From the NCBI GenBank assembly GCA_964528465.1, contig CAZGSN010000369.1:1-42910 (forward strand): a stretch of DNA of 42,910 nucleotides. The letters are read 5' to 3'. A program made the position numbers and the translations under genes. The notes below the pieces were generated by a model that saw only the letters and a list, made by a program, of their open reading frames with translations, did not search any database and was not told the DNA's origin. Shown piece after piece: positions 1-11,700 of the stretch (within the stretch, counting starts at the first letter, position 1; every line of letters begins with the position of its first letter). Source of the DNA: an uncultured Candidatus Binatia bacterium (lineage in GTDB: Bacteria > Desulfobacterota > Binatia > HRBIN30).

Positions 1-368
1 AAGCGGATCCCGTACATGTCGTAGGTCTCGCGCTCAAGCCAGTTGGCGCCGATCCACACGGGGACGACGCTGGCGACACCGGCTTCCGCGTCCGCCACGC
101 GCGTCTTGATGCGCAAGCGATGGTGGTAGCGCGTCGAATACAGGTGGTAGACGAGTTCGAAGCGTTGCGCCTGGCCAATGTAATCGACGGCAGTAACGTC
201 GAGCAGCAGGTCGAACGCCAACGACGCGTCCTGCTTGGCAAACTGGCAAACCTCGACAAGGTCTTGAGCGGCAAGGAGAATGCTCGCATCGCCGCGATAT
301 TCGTCGGCGCGCAGTACAGGGCCGGCAAAGCGTTCTTGCAAGCGGTTGAGGATACTCGTGGTGTCCAT
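1..368 (-). CDS. nuoC: NADH-quinone oxidoreductase subunit C (30 kDa subunit), N-terminal part; CDS runs off the left edge
   Basis: Absent from the ORF track because there is no stop in the window. My translation of the reverse strand from the ATG at 368-366 gives [63 protein letters not shown]...[23 protein letters not shown]. It ends in the NuoC signature ANW-x-ERE-x-YDM-x-GI-x-F. Confidence 0.8.
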   Translation of the reverse strand, partial: [122 protein letters not shown]

Positions 369-410
369 GGATTCTCGCGCGGTGTCCGAATGAAAGCCTT
401 CAGCCTTGGC

Positions 411-956
411 TCAGCGATCGTACCCGCGGCGCAAGTGGTACAGCCGCGTATCGCTGAGATCGCTCACAGGCGTGAGCAAGTCCTCTTTGTGCCACAATGT
501 CCCCAAGCGCGAGAACGCCGCGATCTCGACGTTGCGGCTCATGACGATTGCTTCTTCCGGACATGCTTCCTCACACAAGCCGCAGAACATGCAGCGCGAC
601 ATGTCGATGTCGAACACCTTGGGATAGCGCTCGATCTCATCCGCCGTCTCGGCCGGAAAGATGGTGATGCAATCGGTTGGGCACGCCCACTCGCACAGGC
701 CGCAAGCAACGCAGCGCTCCTTGCCGTTGTCCATCTGCACCAACACCGGCATGCCCCGAAAGGCGTTGGGTTGGGTGATGCGTTCCTCCGGGAACTGCAC
801 CGTAAACACAGTAGGCCGGCGGCGAATCCAACCCCACAAGTTCACCGCGAAATGGCGCTGGGCGATCCACATACCTTTGAGGATCGCACGGGCCGAACGC
901 CAGGCGCCGCCCCTCTTGGTCGACGGACGCGAGACAGCAATTGTGCGCGTCGCCAT
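411..956 (-). CDS. nuoI: NADH-quinone oxidoreductase subunit I (2x[4Fe-4S] ferredoxin-type)
   Basis: 181-aa ORF with two CxxCxxCxxxCP motifs (CVACGLCEWACP and CMFCGLCEEACP) and FPEERI near the N-terminus. Its ATG overlaps the nuoG stop (TAATG). Confidence 0.9.
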   Translation of the reverse strand: MATRTIAVSRPSTKRGGAWRSARAILKGMWIAQRHFAVNLWGWIRRRPTVFTVQFPEERITQPNAFRGMPVLVQMDNGKERCVACGLCEWACPTDCITIFPAETADEIERYPKVFDIDMSRCMFCGLCEEACPEEAIVMSRNVEIAAFSRLGTLWHKEDLLTPVSDLSDTRLYHLRRGYDR

Positions 957-2536
957 TAGCTACTTGCTCCCTGTGGAAGCTGCCAACCCAAGGCTCCGAC
1001 AGCGGCAAAGCTGACTCCGGTATAGCTGGCGACGTTCTTGCCAATCTCGTCGAGCACCGCCAGGGCATCGAACGTCGACTGCGCCTCGGCAACCAGATTG
1101 ATCAAGCGACTGAATATTTCCCCGTCGCTGAGCTGTCCCTCGGCTGGCCGAATGGCGCGATGGATTTGCTGGACACGCCCAGCGTGGTTGGTGAACGTGC
1201 CGATTTTCTCGGCAAAGGTGAGCGAGGGCAGCACGATGTGGGCACGCTCCACCAGCGCCGACGGCAGAGTGTCCTGCACGATCAAACAGCCGACGCGACT
1301 GAGAGCTGCTTCCAATTGCTGTGGATCCGCGACGGTAAGCAGGTCGGAGCCGCACACATAGAGCACCTGGATGTCGCCGTTGGCAGCGGCAGCCACAATC
1401 TGCGCCAGGGATGCGGCATTGCCAGCGAGCCCCATGTCTCGTGCCCCGCGGGCATTGGCTGCCTTTTCAGCCTTCACCAAGAGTTTATCCGCCTGGCCGA
1501 CGACAACCGCCACGTCGACCTGGGTTACACCCAAGGCCTTGAGAAGCTCTGCAAAACGGTAACTCTCTTCGTTGGTAAGATGGGGAGAGGCCACCGCCGC
1601 GACCGTATTTGCTCCCTGCTGTGCGGCCTGGCGCAACTGCCGTGCCACTTCGCCAAGCGTCGTGTCCCAATCTGTGGCCGCAAGCTTGCCCTCGCGCCGC
1701 AGCAGCGGAGTGCGCAGGCGCTGGGCATCGTTGACGAACTCGTAGTTGAGACGGCCGTGATCACACATCCAGGTTTCGTTGACCGCGTCGTTGCGGCGCG
1801 GCATCAAGCGCCACACGCGATCGCGATAGTGGTGCACGGTGATGTTGCAGCCGTTGGAGCAGCTCCCGCACACGCTCGGCGTCTTCTTCAGGAACCACAC
1901 GCGAACCTTGTGATGAAAATCTTTGCTCTCCAAGGCACCGACCGGACAGATATCGGCGGTATTGATGGAGTAGTCATTGGCCAAGGGCGCGTCGGGCAGA
2001 ACATCGAGAACGCTTTGATCGCCGAGATTGAACACCCCGAGCTCATTGGTGCCGGTGATCTCGCGACAAAAGCGAACACAGCGCCGGCACAGGATGCAGC
2101 GCTCTTGATCGAGGATCATGCGCGGGCCGATTTCGCGGCGCTTCTCGAGCTTGCGACGTGGCTCCTGTGTGCGCGTCTCGCGGCTGCCGAAGGCATACGA
2201 GTAATCTTGCAGCAAGCACTCCCCGGCCTTGTCGCAAATCGGGCAGTCGGTGGGGTGGTTGACGAGCAACAGCTCCATCACGCCCTTGCGCGTGTTCTCG
2301 ACCTTTGCCGACTTGGTGTGCACCACCATGCCGTCACGGACCGGAGTATTGCAGGCAATGACTAGCTTCGGGCTGCCTTCGACCTCGACTTGGCACATGC
2401 GGCAGCTCCCATCGATGGAAAGCTTGGGATGCCAGCAATAGTGAGGAATATGGACACCGTTTTCCAAGGCCACCGGCAGCAGCATGGCATTGGCCGGTGC
2501 TTCAATCGTTTGGCCGTCAATCGTGATCGTAGGCAT
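956..2536 (-). CDS. nuoG: NADH-quinone oxidoreductase subunit G-like, short form (526 aa)
   Basis: Internal start MPTITIDGQTIEAP at the ATG at 2536. 2Fe-2S region CWHPKLSIDGSCRMCQVEV..IACNT, HPTDCPICDKAGEC (His-ligated 4Fe-4S), CILCRRCVRFC, and CPVGAL. The 172-aa upstream extension in the 698-aa track ORF overlaps nuoB and was discarded. Confidence 0.85.
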   Translation of the reverse strand: MPTITIDGQTIEAPANAMLLPVALENGVHIPHYCWHPKLSIDGSCRMCQVEVEGSPKLVIACNTPVRDGMVVHTKSAKVENTRKGVMELLLVNHPTDCPICDKAGECLLQDYSYAFGSRETRTQEPRRKLEKRREIGPRMILDQERCILCRRCVRFCREITGTNELGVFNLGDQSVLDVLPDAPLANDYSINTADICPVGALESKDFHHKVRVWFLKKTPSVCGSCSNGCNITVHHYRDRVWRLMPRRNDAVNETWMCDHGRLNYEFVNDAQRLRTPLLRREGKLAATDWDTTLGEVARQLRQAAQQGANTVAAVASPHLTNEESYRFAELLKALGVTQVDVAVVVGQADKLLVKAEKAANARGARDMGLAGNAASLAQIVAAAANGDIQVLYVCGSDLLTVADPQQLEAALSRVGCLIVQDTLPSALVERAHIVLPSLTFAEKIGTFTNHAGRVQQIHRAIRPAEGQLSDGEIFSRLINLVAEAQSTFDALAVLDEIGKNVASYTGVSFAAVGALGWQLPQGASS

Positions 2537-2589
2537 AGCGGCTTCTTGTTTTGCAGCTTTCGTGGGTGAGGTTCGCCGGCGCCGAAGCT

Positions 2590-3183
2590 TTAGGCCGAGG
2601 GTGCCGGCAGGAGACGACCACTGCCGTGGTGCATCGGCAAAACTCGATCGCCGCGTTCGTTCTGCACGCGATCCTGAAGCTTGATCAGCGCGTCCAACAC
2701 CGCCTCCGGGCGCGGCGGGCAACCAGGGATGTAGGCCGTCACCGGAATGATCGTGTCGATGCCTTGGACAACGGCGTAGTTGTTGTACGGTCCGCCCGAC
2801 GACGTACATGCCCCGAAGGACACCACCCACTTGGGTTCGGCCATTTGGTCGTAAACGCGCCGCAGTACGGGAGCGATGCGGTGGGTAATCGTGCCCACCA
2901 CCATCAAGAGATCGGCTTGGCGCGGTGTGAAGCGCGGCAGAGCTGCACCGAAGCGGTCGAGATCGAAGCGCGGCCCAGCCGCCGACATGAACTCCATGCC
3001 ACAGCAGGCAGTAACGAAGGGATAGGGAAAGAAGGAGTACTTGCGGCCCCACTGCACGGCTTCGCTCAACTTGGTGAGTAGAAAGCTCTCGCCGAAGGCA
3101 TCGGCAGAGGACAAGGGCTGCCCAGCCGCCGCACGGAGGCGTGCCATGAAACCCTGCTTCGTCGTTGCAGCCAGGCTGGACAT
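2590..3183 (-). CDS. nuoB: NADH-quinone oxidoreductase subunit B (20 kDa, N2 cluster)
   Basis: FVTACCGMEFM with tandem Cys, GACTSSGGPY, and IPGCPPRPEAVLDALIKLQ. AAGGAA-like RBS upstream of the ATG at 3183. No nuoA-like membrane ORF lies in the 258 nt upstream. Confidence 0.9.
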   Translation of the reverse strand: MSSLAATTKQGFMARLRAAAGQPLSSADAFGESFLLTKLSEAVQWGRKYSFFPYPFVTACCGMEFMSAAGPRFDLDRFGAALPRFTPRQADLLMVVGTITHRIAPVLRRVYDQMAEPKWVVSFGACTSSGGPYNNYAVVQGIDTIIPVTAYIPGCPPRPEAVLDALIKLQDRVQNERGDRVLPMHHGSGRLLPAPSA

Positions 3184-3374
3184 ACTGTTCCTTTCACCGA
3201 ATCCCGAGATCGGCTCCCCCTAGCCAACCAATCTTTGGGGTACAACAGCGCCGAGCACGCAGGCTCGGCAGCCACGCAACTTGCCACTTGCCCAAGGACG
3301 GGGCAACGCCACCGCAGCCCACTTCGTCTAATTCAAAACAACAGGGAGGCTTCAGAGCGCGGCAACCTTGCGAT

Positions 3375-3423
3375 GGCGGCGGAATGGCGCTGGGCATCGG
3401 CAAGCCAGCCCCATTCCGCCGCC
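3375..3423 (-). terminator. Strong hairpin just downstream of the aldehyde dehydrogenase stop (candidate intrinsic terminator, no clear U-tract)
   Basis: GGCGGCGGAATGG (3375-3387) pairs perfectly with CCATTCCGCCGCC (3411-3423). An inner GCTGG/CCAGC extension lengthens the stem. The hairpin lies about 20 nt past the stop at 3442. Confidence 0.45.
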
Positions 3424-3441
3424 GTCAATACGCAAAGCTCC

Positions 3442-4881
3442 TTACTCGAAAATCGCGATGCTCTTCGACTCCGTGTAGCTCGCGATACCTTCGGGGCCGA
3501 ACTCGCGTCCGATTCCGGACGCCTTGTACCCGCCGAACGGCGCACAGAAGTCGACGATAAAACCATTTACGTTGTAGGTCCCGGCGCGGACCTTACGGGC
3601 AATATCCACACCGTGCTCGATGTCCGTCGTCCACACCGAACCGGAAAGGCCATAGTCGCTGTCGTTGGCCATGCGTATCGCCTCTTCCTCGTTGTCGTAG
3701 GGGATGGCGACCAACACCGGTCCAAAGATCTCCTCGCGCGCAATACGCATGTCGTTGGTGACGTTGGCAAACAACGTCGGCTCGACATACCAGCCCTTGG
3801 CCAGATTCCCGGGACGCCCGCCGCCAACCGCCACCTTGGCGCCTTCCGATTTTCCCACGCTGATGTATCCGGTGACGCGCTCGCGTTGCCGCTCCGCCAC
3901 CAACGGCCCAGTCTGCGTGGACGGGTCCATGGGGTCGCCGCAAGCCATCATCCCGATCATCTCCGCAAGCGCTCCGACGTATTCGTCATAGCGCTTCTTG
4001 GGAAGGAGAATGCGTGTTTGTGCGGCGCAGGCTTGACCGCTGTTGAGCAAGCCGGCCTGCAACAGACCCGGTACCGTGGTTGCCGGATTCGCGTTGTCGA
4101 GCACAATCGCGGCGGACTTCCCTCCCAGCTCCAGCGAGTAGCGCTTGAGCTGTTGCCCGCACAGGCTGGCGATGTGGCGGCCGACCAGGCTGTTGCCGGT
4201 GAACGAAATCTTGTCGACCCCAGGGTGTCGCACCAACGCTTCGCTCTCCTCACGGTTGGCGGCGACAACGTTTATGACTCCCTTGGGGAAGCCGATTTCT
4301 TCACATGCCTCGGCCAGCAGGTAGGCATCGAGCGGCGTCTCCGGTGCTGCCTTGACCACGTTCGTGCACCCGGCGGCCAGCGCCGCACCTAGCTTGAAGG
4401 TGATGATGGAGAGCGGAAAGTTCCACGGCACGATCAACCCGCAAACGCCAACCGGCTCCTTGCGAACCAAAACCCGACCCAACAGCCCTTGCCGGGTTTC
4501 CTCGAAGGGAAAAGAAGCGGCGATCTCCGCGTACTTGTCCAAGACCATGATCGGTGGGAGTGCCTGCATCATCATGCTCGCCGTGATCGGGCAGCCCAGC
4601 TCTACGGTGACAGTAGTGGCAAGGTCGGCTTGGCGCGCGCTGAGTGCCTGCGACAGCTTGCGCATCCAGTCGACGCGTTCGGCTATCGGTAGATTCGGCC
4701 ACGGACCCGTGTCAAACGCAGCCCGCGCCGCGGCGACCGCGCGATCGATGTCGGCAGACTTCGCCGCCGGGACATGCGCGCACACTTCCTCGGTTGCAGG
4801 GTTGACCACAGCAATGCGCTCCGCGCTGCTCGGAGTGACCCACTCGCCACCGATGTATATCCGCTCGTAACTCTTCACCAT
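3442..4881 (-). CDS. NAD(P)-dependent aldehyde dehydrogenase family protein
   Basis: Motifs FTGNSLVGRHI, ELGGKSAAIVL (catalytic Glu) and NSGQACAAQTR (catalytic Cys). I prefer the ATG at 4881 (MVKSYERIYIGGEW) with an AAGGAAG RBS over the TTG at 4887 used by the track. Confidence 0.9.
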   Translation of the reverse strand: MVKSYERIYIGGEWVTPSSAERIAVVNPATEEVCAHVPAAKSADIDRAVAAARAAFDTGPWPNLPIAERVDWMRKLSQALSARQADLATTVTVELGCPITASMMMQALPPIMVLDKYAEIAASFPFEETRQGLLGRVLVRKEPVGVCGLIVPWNFPLSIITFKLGAALAAGCTNVVKAAPETPLDAYLLAEACEEIGFPKGVINVVAANREESEALVRHPGVDKISFTGNSLVGRHIASLCGQQLKRYSLELGGKSAAIVLDNANPATTVPGLLQAGLLNSGQACAAQTRILLPKKRYDEYVGALAEMIGMMACGDPMDPSTQTGPLVAERQRERVTGYISVGKSEGAKVAVGGGRPGNLAKGWYVEPTLFANVTNDMRIAREEIFGPVLVAIPYDNEEEAIRMANDSDYGLSGSVWTTDIEHGVDIARKVRAGTYNVNGFIVDFCAPFGGYKASGIGREFGPEGIASYTESKSIAIFE

Positions 4882-5190
4882 GTGCAATCGCTTCCTTTCA
4901 CGCTCTCTGTTTGTTGATTCCCGGCCCCCGCCAAAGACCAGGGCAGCAACCCATTCCTGTATCCCCGCCAGTATCGAGTGGGCGAGCTTGGTGCAAGCGG
5001 TCTAGAGCCTCCCGCTGCGCCGGTTCGTCGGTGCAACCCACGCTAGGCACCGATTGATCAAGCGCGAGGTAGGTGGGCACGCATGCGACCAACGAGATTG
5101 GCGCCGTTCATGACCCGACACCCTTGCGCATGGTCTGCGCACATTGCCAGACGTTGCCTGGCTCGATTTGTCGGTTAACATCGGCCACCT

Positions 5191-5760
5191 ATGGGAAAAG
5201 GTATCATCGAGCAATCCGTCACGCAGATCCTCGAATCTCTCGGCGAAGACCCGACACGCGAAGGCTTGGAGAAAACTCCGGCACGCGTAGCGCGCTCCCT
5301 GGAGTATCTCACCAAGGGCTACAACGAAGATCCGAAAGTCGTGATCAACGGAGCCCTCTTCGTCGAAGACTACTCCGAAATGATCGTCCTCAAGGATCTC
5401 GACTTCTTTTCACTGTGCGAGCACCACATGCTGCCCTTCTTCGGCAAGGCGAGCGTGGCCTACATCCCACAGGGCCGCATCGTCGGCATCAGCAAGCTGG
5501 CGCGTTTGGTTGATATCTATGCCCGCCGTCTACAGGTGCAGGAGAGACTGACCACGCAGATTGCCGGTTTACTAATGGAGGAACTCAACCCGGCCGGCGT
5601 CGGTGTCGTCGTGCGTGCCGAGCACCTGTGCATGCGCATGCGCGGCGTGGAGAAGCAGAACTCGGTGGTCGTCACTAGCGCCATGATGGGCATCTTCCGC
5701 AGTCGCCAGGAAACACGCCAGGAGTTCATGAACCTGGTCAACAGCAACAACTCCCGCTGA
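5191..5760 (+). CDS. folE: GTP cyclohydrolase I
   Basis: [51 protein letters not shown]. Full-length type I FolE signature. Confidence 0.92.
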   Translation: MGKGIIEQSVTQILESLGEDPTREGLEKTPARVARSLEYLTKGYNEDPKVVINGALFVEDYSEMIVLKDLDFFSLCEHHMLPFFGKASVAYIPQGRIVGISKLARLVDIYARRLQVQERLTTQIAGLLMEELNPAGVGVVVRAEHLCMRMRGVEKQNSVVVTSAMMGIFRSRQETRQEFMNLVNSNNSR

Positions 5761-5789
5761 GCAAAACCTACTGAGCGAGACGGCCTAAG

Positions 5790-6080
5790 ATGTCCATCCA
5801 AGAGGTAGTGAAGGCGCACCGAACCGAGATTCTTGCGATTGCGGAACGCCACGGTGCACGCAACGTCCGCGTCTTCGGATCGGTGGCGCGAGGTCAAGCA
5901 GATGGGCGTAGTGATGTGGACTTCCTCGTAGAGATGGAACCTGGTCGGAGCCTCTTTGATGTTGGAGGCCTACTGATGGAGCTACAAGGCCTGCTGCACC
6001 GACCGGTAGACGTCGTGACCGTTAACGGGCTGAGGCCGCGCATCCGTGATCGCGTGCTACGCGAAGCACGTCCCGTATGA
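5790..6080 (+). CDS. mntA: MNT-type nucleotidyltransferase antitoxin (HepT/MNT, type VII TA)
   Basis: 96 aa with the Pol-beta-fold motif [18 protein letters not shown]. It overlaps the downstream DUF86 gene by 4 nt. Confidence 0.85.
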   Translation: MSIQEVVKAHRTEILAIAERHGARNVRVFGSVARGQADGRSDVDFLVEMEPGRSLFDVGGLLMELQGLLHRPVDVVTVNGLRPRIRDRVLREARPV

Positions 6081-6430
6081 GGGATCCAGAGCAACGACTG
6101 GCGGACATTCTTGACGCGATCGAGCATATCGAGCGCTACGCGACTCGAGGCCGATCCGCCTTTGAGGATGACGAGCTGATCCAAAGCTGGTTCATCCGAT
6201 TTCTTCAGGTGATCGGTGAGGCCGCCCGCGCCCTACCACAAGAAATACGTGAGAAGGCCCCGGGGGTTGATTGGTCCGAGATCATCGGCATGCGTCATGT
6301 CCTGGTTCACGATTACTTTGGTATCGACACAGAGGTGGTGTGGAACGCAGTGGAGGAGGACCTTCCGCGCTTGAAGGCTGAGGTGATAGCTTTGATCAGG
6401 TCGTTAGGGCTCCCCGACGAGACGGCCTAA
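6077..6430 (+). CDS. hepT: HepT (DUF86/HEPN) RNase toxin
   Basis: 117 aa with the HEPN R-x4-H motif in [10 protein letters not shown]. Coupled to mntA by an ATGA-type 4-nt overlap. Confidence 0.85.
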   Translation: MRDPEQRLADILDAIEHIERYATRGRSAFEDDELIQSWFIRFLQVIGEAARALPQEIREKAPGVDWSEIIGMRHVLVHDYFGIDTEVVWNAVEEDLPRLKAEVIALIRSLGLPDETA

Positions 6431-6689
6431 GGGCGGAATAGGGCTGACTGAAAAGTGCCGGCATGAGTGGCGGCTGGAAATGCGCACGAACGTGGAGCCG
6501 GACCAAGCCTGGCCAGCAAGCGCGTTGACTGACTTGGTGGGATTGGCTACTGCGGGCCGCTGACATTGTTGGCAGCACAACTGGCGAGTAGCGTGGAATC
6601 AACCACGGGGAAGTGCTGACTTCAGCGGGCCGAACGCCTGGGCCTCTGAGAAGTAGAGGTTCAGGCATTTTTTTGCTCGGAGGAGTCCC

Positions 6690-7841
6690 GTGATCAAGAA
6701 TTATCTCATTGCCCCAGGCCCGACACCGGTGCCGTCTCGTGTCCTGCTGGCCATGGCCCAGCCGGTCGTCCACCACCGTACCCCGCAGTTCAGCCGCGTC
6801 TTTGCCGACGCCAAGGAAAGCCTCAAGCAGATCTTCCAAACCAAGGAAGACGTCTTGATCCTGGCGGCGTCGGGGACCGGGGCAATGGAAAGCGCGGTCA
6901 CCAACCTGTTCTCCCCGGGAGATGAGGTGTTGGTCGTCAACGGCGGTAAGTTCGGCGAGCGCTGGCTCAAGATCGCTGCCGCCTATGGCGTCAAGGCCAT
7001 CGAACTCAAGGTGGAGTGGGGTGACAGTGCTCGCGTCGAAGATGTGCGTGCTCTTCTGGATGCGCATCCGGGCATTCGCGCCGTGCTCCTGCAAGCTAGC
7101 GAGACCTCAACCGGAGCGCTGCATCCCACCGAGGAAATCGCGGCTCTCACGCGCAAGCGCGACGTGCTGCTGGTGGTCGACGCCATTACGGCTCTCGGCG
7201 TATTCGACGTGCCTATGGACAAGTGGGGAATCGACGTGCTGATCACCGGTTCGCAGAAGGCATTGATGTTGCCGCCGGGGCTGGCGTTTCTTGCGCTTAG
7301 CGAACGCGCCTGGCAACGCACCAAGCAGGCCAAGATCCCGCGCTTTTACTTCGATCTGGCGCGTGAACGCAGCAACCTCGCCAATGACACCACGGCCTGG
7401 ACTCCGGCCATCTCCTTGATCACCGGCTTGAGAGAATCCTTGGCGATGATGCTGGAAGAAGGGTTGCCCAACGTGTTTGCGCGCCACGCGCGCATGGCGG
7501 CAGCCACGCAAGCTGCCGCTGCGGCACTTGGGCTGAAGCTGGTGGCCAGCGCGGCTCCCAGTCCGGCGCTTACCGCCATCTACACGCCGAGCGATGTCGA
7601 AGGCGGCAAGCTGGTCTCTTACCTGCGCGACAAGATGGGGGTGACCTTCATGGGCGGGCAAGACCAGCTCAAGGGCAAGATCGTGCGCATTGGGCACCTG
7701 GGTCATACCGGCGCCTTCGATATCGTCACGGCAATTGCTGCCCTCGAGATGGCGCTGAGCCACTTTGGTCACCAGCTTACTTTGGGCACTGGCGTGGCCG
7801 CGGCACAGAAGGTGCTGATGAGTGCCTTGCCGCCGCGGTAA
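6690..7841 (+). CDS. Class V (AGXT/SerC-like) PLP aminotransferase, probably the phosphoserine aminotransferase partner of serA
   Basis: GTG start preceded by GGAGG. GSQKALMLPPGL carries the PLP lysine. The overall class V layout is present, and serA lies immediately downstream. Confidence 0.8.
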   Translation: MIKNYLIAPGPTPVPSRVLLAMAQPVVHHRTPQFSRVFADAKESLKQIFQTKEDVLILAASGTGAMESAVTNLFSPGDEVLVVNGGKFGERWLKIAAAYGVKAIELKVEWGDSARVEDVRALLDAHPGIRAVLLQASETSTGALHPTEEIAALTRKRDVLLVVDAITALGVFDVPMDKWGIDVLITGSQKALMLPPGLAFLALSERAWQRTKQAKIPRFYFDLARERSNLANDTTAWTPAISLITGLRESLAMMLEEGLPNVFARHARMAAATQAAAAALGLKLVASAAPSPALTAIYTPSDVEGGKLVSYLRDKMGVTFMGGQDQLKGKIVRIGHLGHTGAFDIVTAIAALEMALSHFGHQLTLGTGVAAAQKVLMSALPPR

Positions 7842-7881
7842 CGAGACCATTCGAGTCGAGTTCTAGAGAACCGAGGTAGCG

Positions 7882-10789
<2,908 letters not shown>

Positions 10790-10838
10790 GGCAAGGGTGC
10801 ATGGAATCGAGCGAACAACTAGCCCCGAGCCAAAGAAG

Positions 10839-10935
10839 ATGAACCACCGAGGCACCGAGAACACCGCGTGGTTTGCGAGGCCGATGACAACCGGTCTCTG
10901 TGATCTCGGTGCCCCTGTGATGAAATTCTTTTTCT
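10839..10935 (+). terminator. Imperfect long inverted repeat (REP-like family 1) followed by a T-run; candidate purA terminator
   Basis: The left arm ATGAACCACCGAGGCACCGAGAACAC matches the reverse complement of the right arm GTGATCTCGGTGCCCCTGTGATGAA at about 20 of 26 positions. The repeat is followed by AATTCTTTTTCT. Confidence 0.35.
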
Positions 10936-10972
10936 CAAGTCGTCGCTGATCCAAACAACGAGGGTGTAGGGC

Positions 10973-11671
10973 ATGACGAACCTCTCTCACATTGCGTCGA
11001 TTCTCTTCGATGTCGGCAACACCCTGCATCACCTGGACCTCGAGTACATCGCCGCCACGGTGTCGCGCTTGCATCACCCGGTCGAGGTACGGCAGGTCGC
11101 GGTTGCCGAGTACGCAGCGAAGCGTGCCATCGACGAGATGTTTCGCGCTCGTGCCGGCGGGGACGACGGCAGCCGCCAGCTTTCTTATTACGAGTCGATC
11201 TTGGCGGCGCTGGGTGTTGCCAGCGAGAAGTGGGAAGAGATCCTCGCCGCCCTGAAGGCAGAGAATCAGCGTGCTTCCTTGTGGCGTGTCATGCACCCCG
11301 CCACGCCCGCGGTCTTGCAGTGCCTACGACAGCGTGGATTTACGCTCGCGGTCGTCTCCAACGCCGACGGCCGCGTCGCTGCAGCCATCGCCGAGAAGGG
11401 TACCGCGCATCACTTTCAGGCCATCATCGATTCGCACGTGGTGGGGGTGGAGAAGCCGGACCCACGTATCTTCCAACTGGCAATGGACGCTTGCGGCATG
11501 GCGGCGGCGAGTACCCTCTACGTCGGCGACATCTACGAGATCGACGTGCGTGGCGCCCGAGCCGCCGGCCTCACTCCCGTCCTCCTGGATACGCTCGATC
11601 TCTACGGCCCGCTCGACTGTCTGAAAATCCAAACCCTGGAGGAACTCCTGCCCTTGCTGAAGGAGAGTTAG
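10973..11671 (+). CDS. HAD-superfamily hydrolase, subfamily IA-like
   Basis: Motif I ILFDVGNTL, motif II VVSNADG, and motif III/IV K..(n)..YVGDIYEIDVRGARAAG. The Asp+2 position of motif I is Gly. Confidence 0.8.
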   Translation: MTNLSHIASILFDVGNTLHHLDLEYIAATVSRLHHPVEVRQVAVAEYAAKRAIDEMFRARAGGDDGSRQLSYYESILAALGVASEKWEEILAALKAENQRASLWRVMHPATPAVLQCLRQRGFTLAVVSNADGRVAAAIAEKGTAHHFQAIIDSHVVGVEKPDPRIFQLAMDACGMAAASTLYVGDIYEIDVRGARAAGLTPVLLDTLDLYGPLDCLKIQTLEELLPLLKES

Positions 11672-11700
11672 CGCCTGCTTCCCTCTGAAGAGTCATTCTT

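Noticed and set aside
120-2365. Long plus-strand ORFs 120-959 (279 aa) and 941-2365 (474 aa)
   Set aside because: They lie antisense to the clearly recognisable nuoC/nuoI/nuoG genes and have Arg/Ala/Gly-rich, motif-free translations. These are typical shadow ORFs of GC-rich DNA.
2537-3052. The 172-aa N-terminal extension of the 698-aa ORF containing nuoG
   Set aside because: The extension overlaps most of nuoB in another frame and is Arg/Pro-rich nonsense. The canonical NuoG N-terminus MPTITIDGQ starts at 2536.
1-3183. The nuoB-G-I-C cluster as a group 4 [NiFe] hydrogenase
   Set aside because: The NuoB homologue keeps the tandem-Cys motif of respiratory complex I. The decisive large subunit (NuoD/HycE-like) lies outside the window, so no hydrogenase call is justified.
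3235-4392. 385-aa plus-strand ORF
   Set aside because: It is antisense to the aldehyde dehydrogenase gene, which carries unambiguous catalytic motifs. The ORF itself has no motifs.
4882-5190. Riboswitch or tRNA in the larger intergenic regions (4882-5190, 6431-6689, 19563-19883, 35867-36158)
   Set aside because: I could not find T-loop (GGTTCGAAT-like) or cloverleaf features, or conserved riboswitch cores such as THF, preQ1 or cobalamin. Only generic hairpins are present. A covariance-model scan would be needed to exclude them formally.
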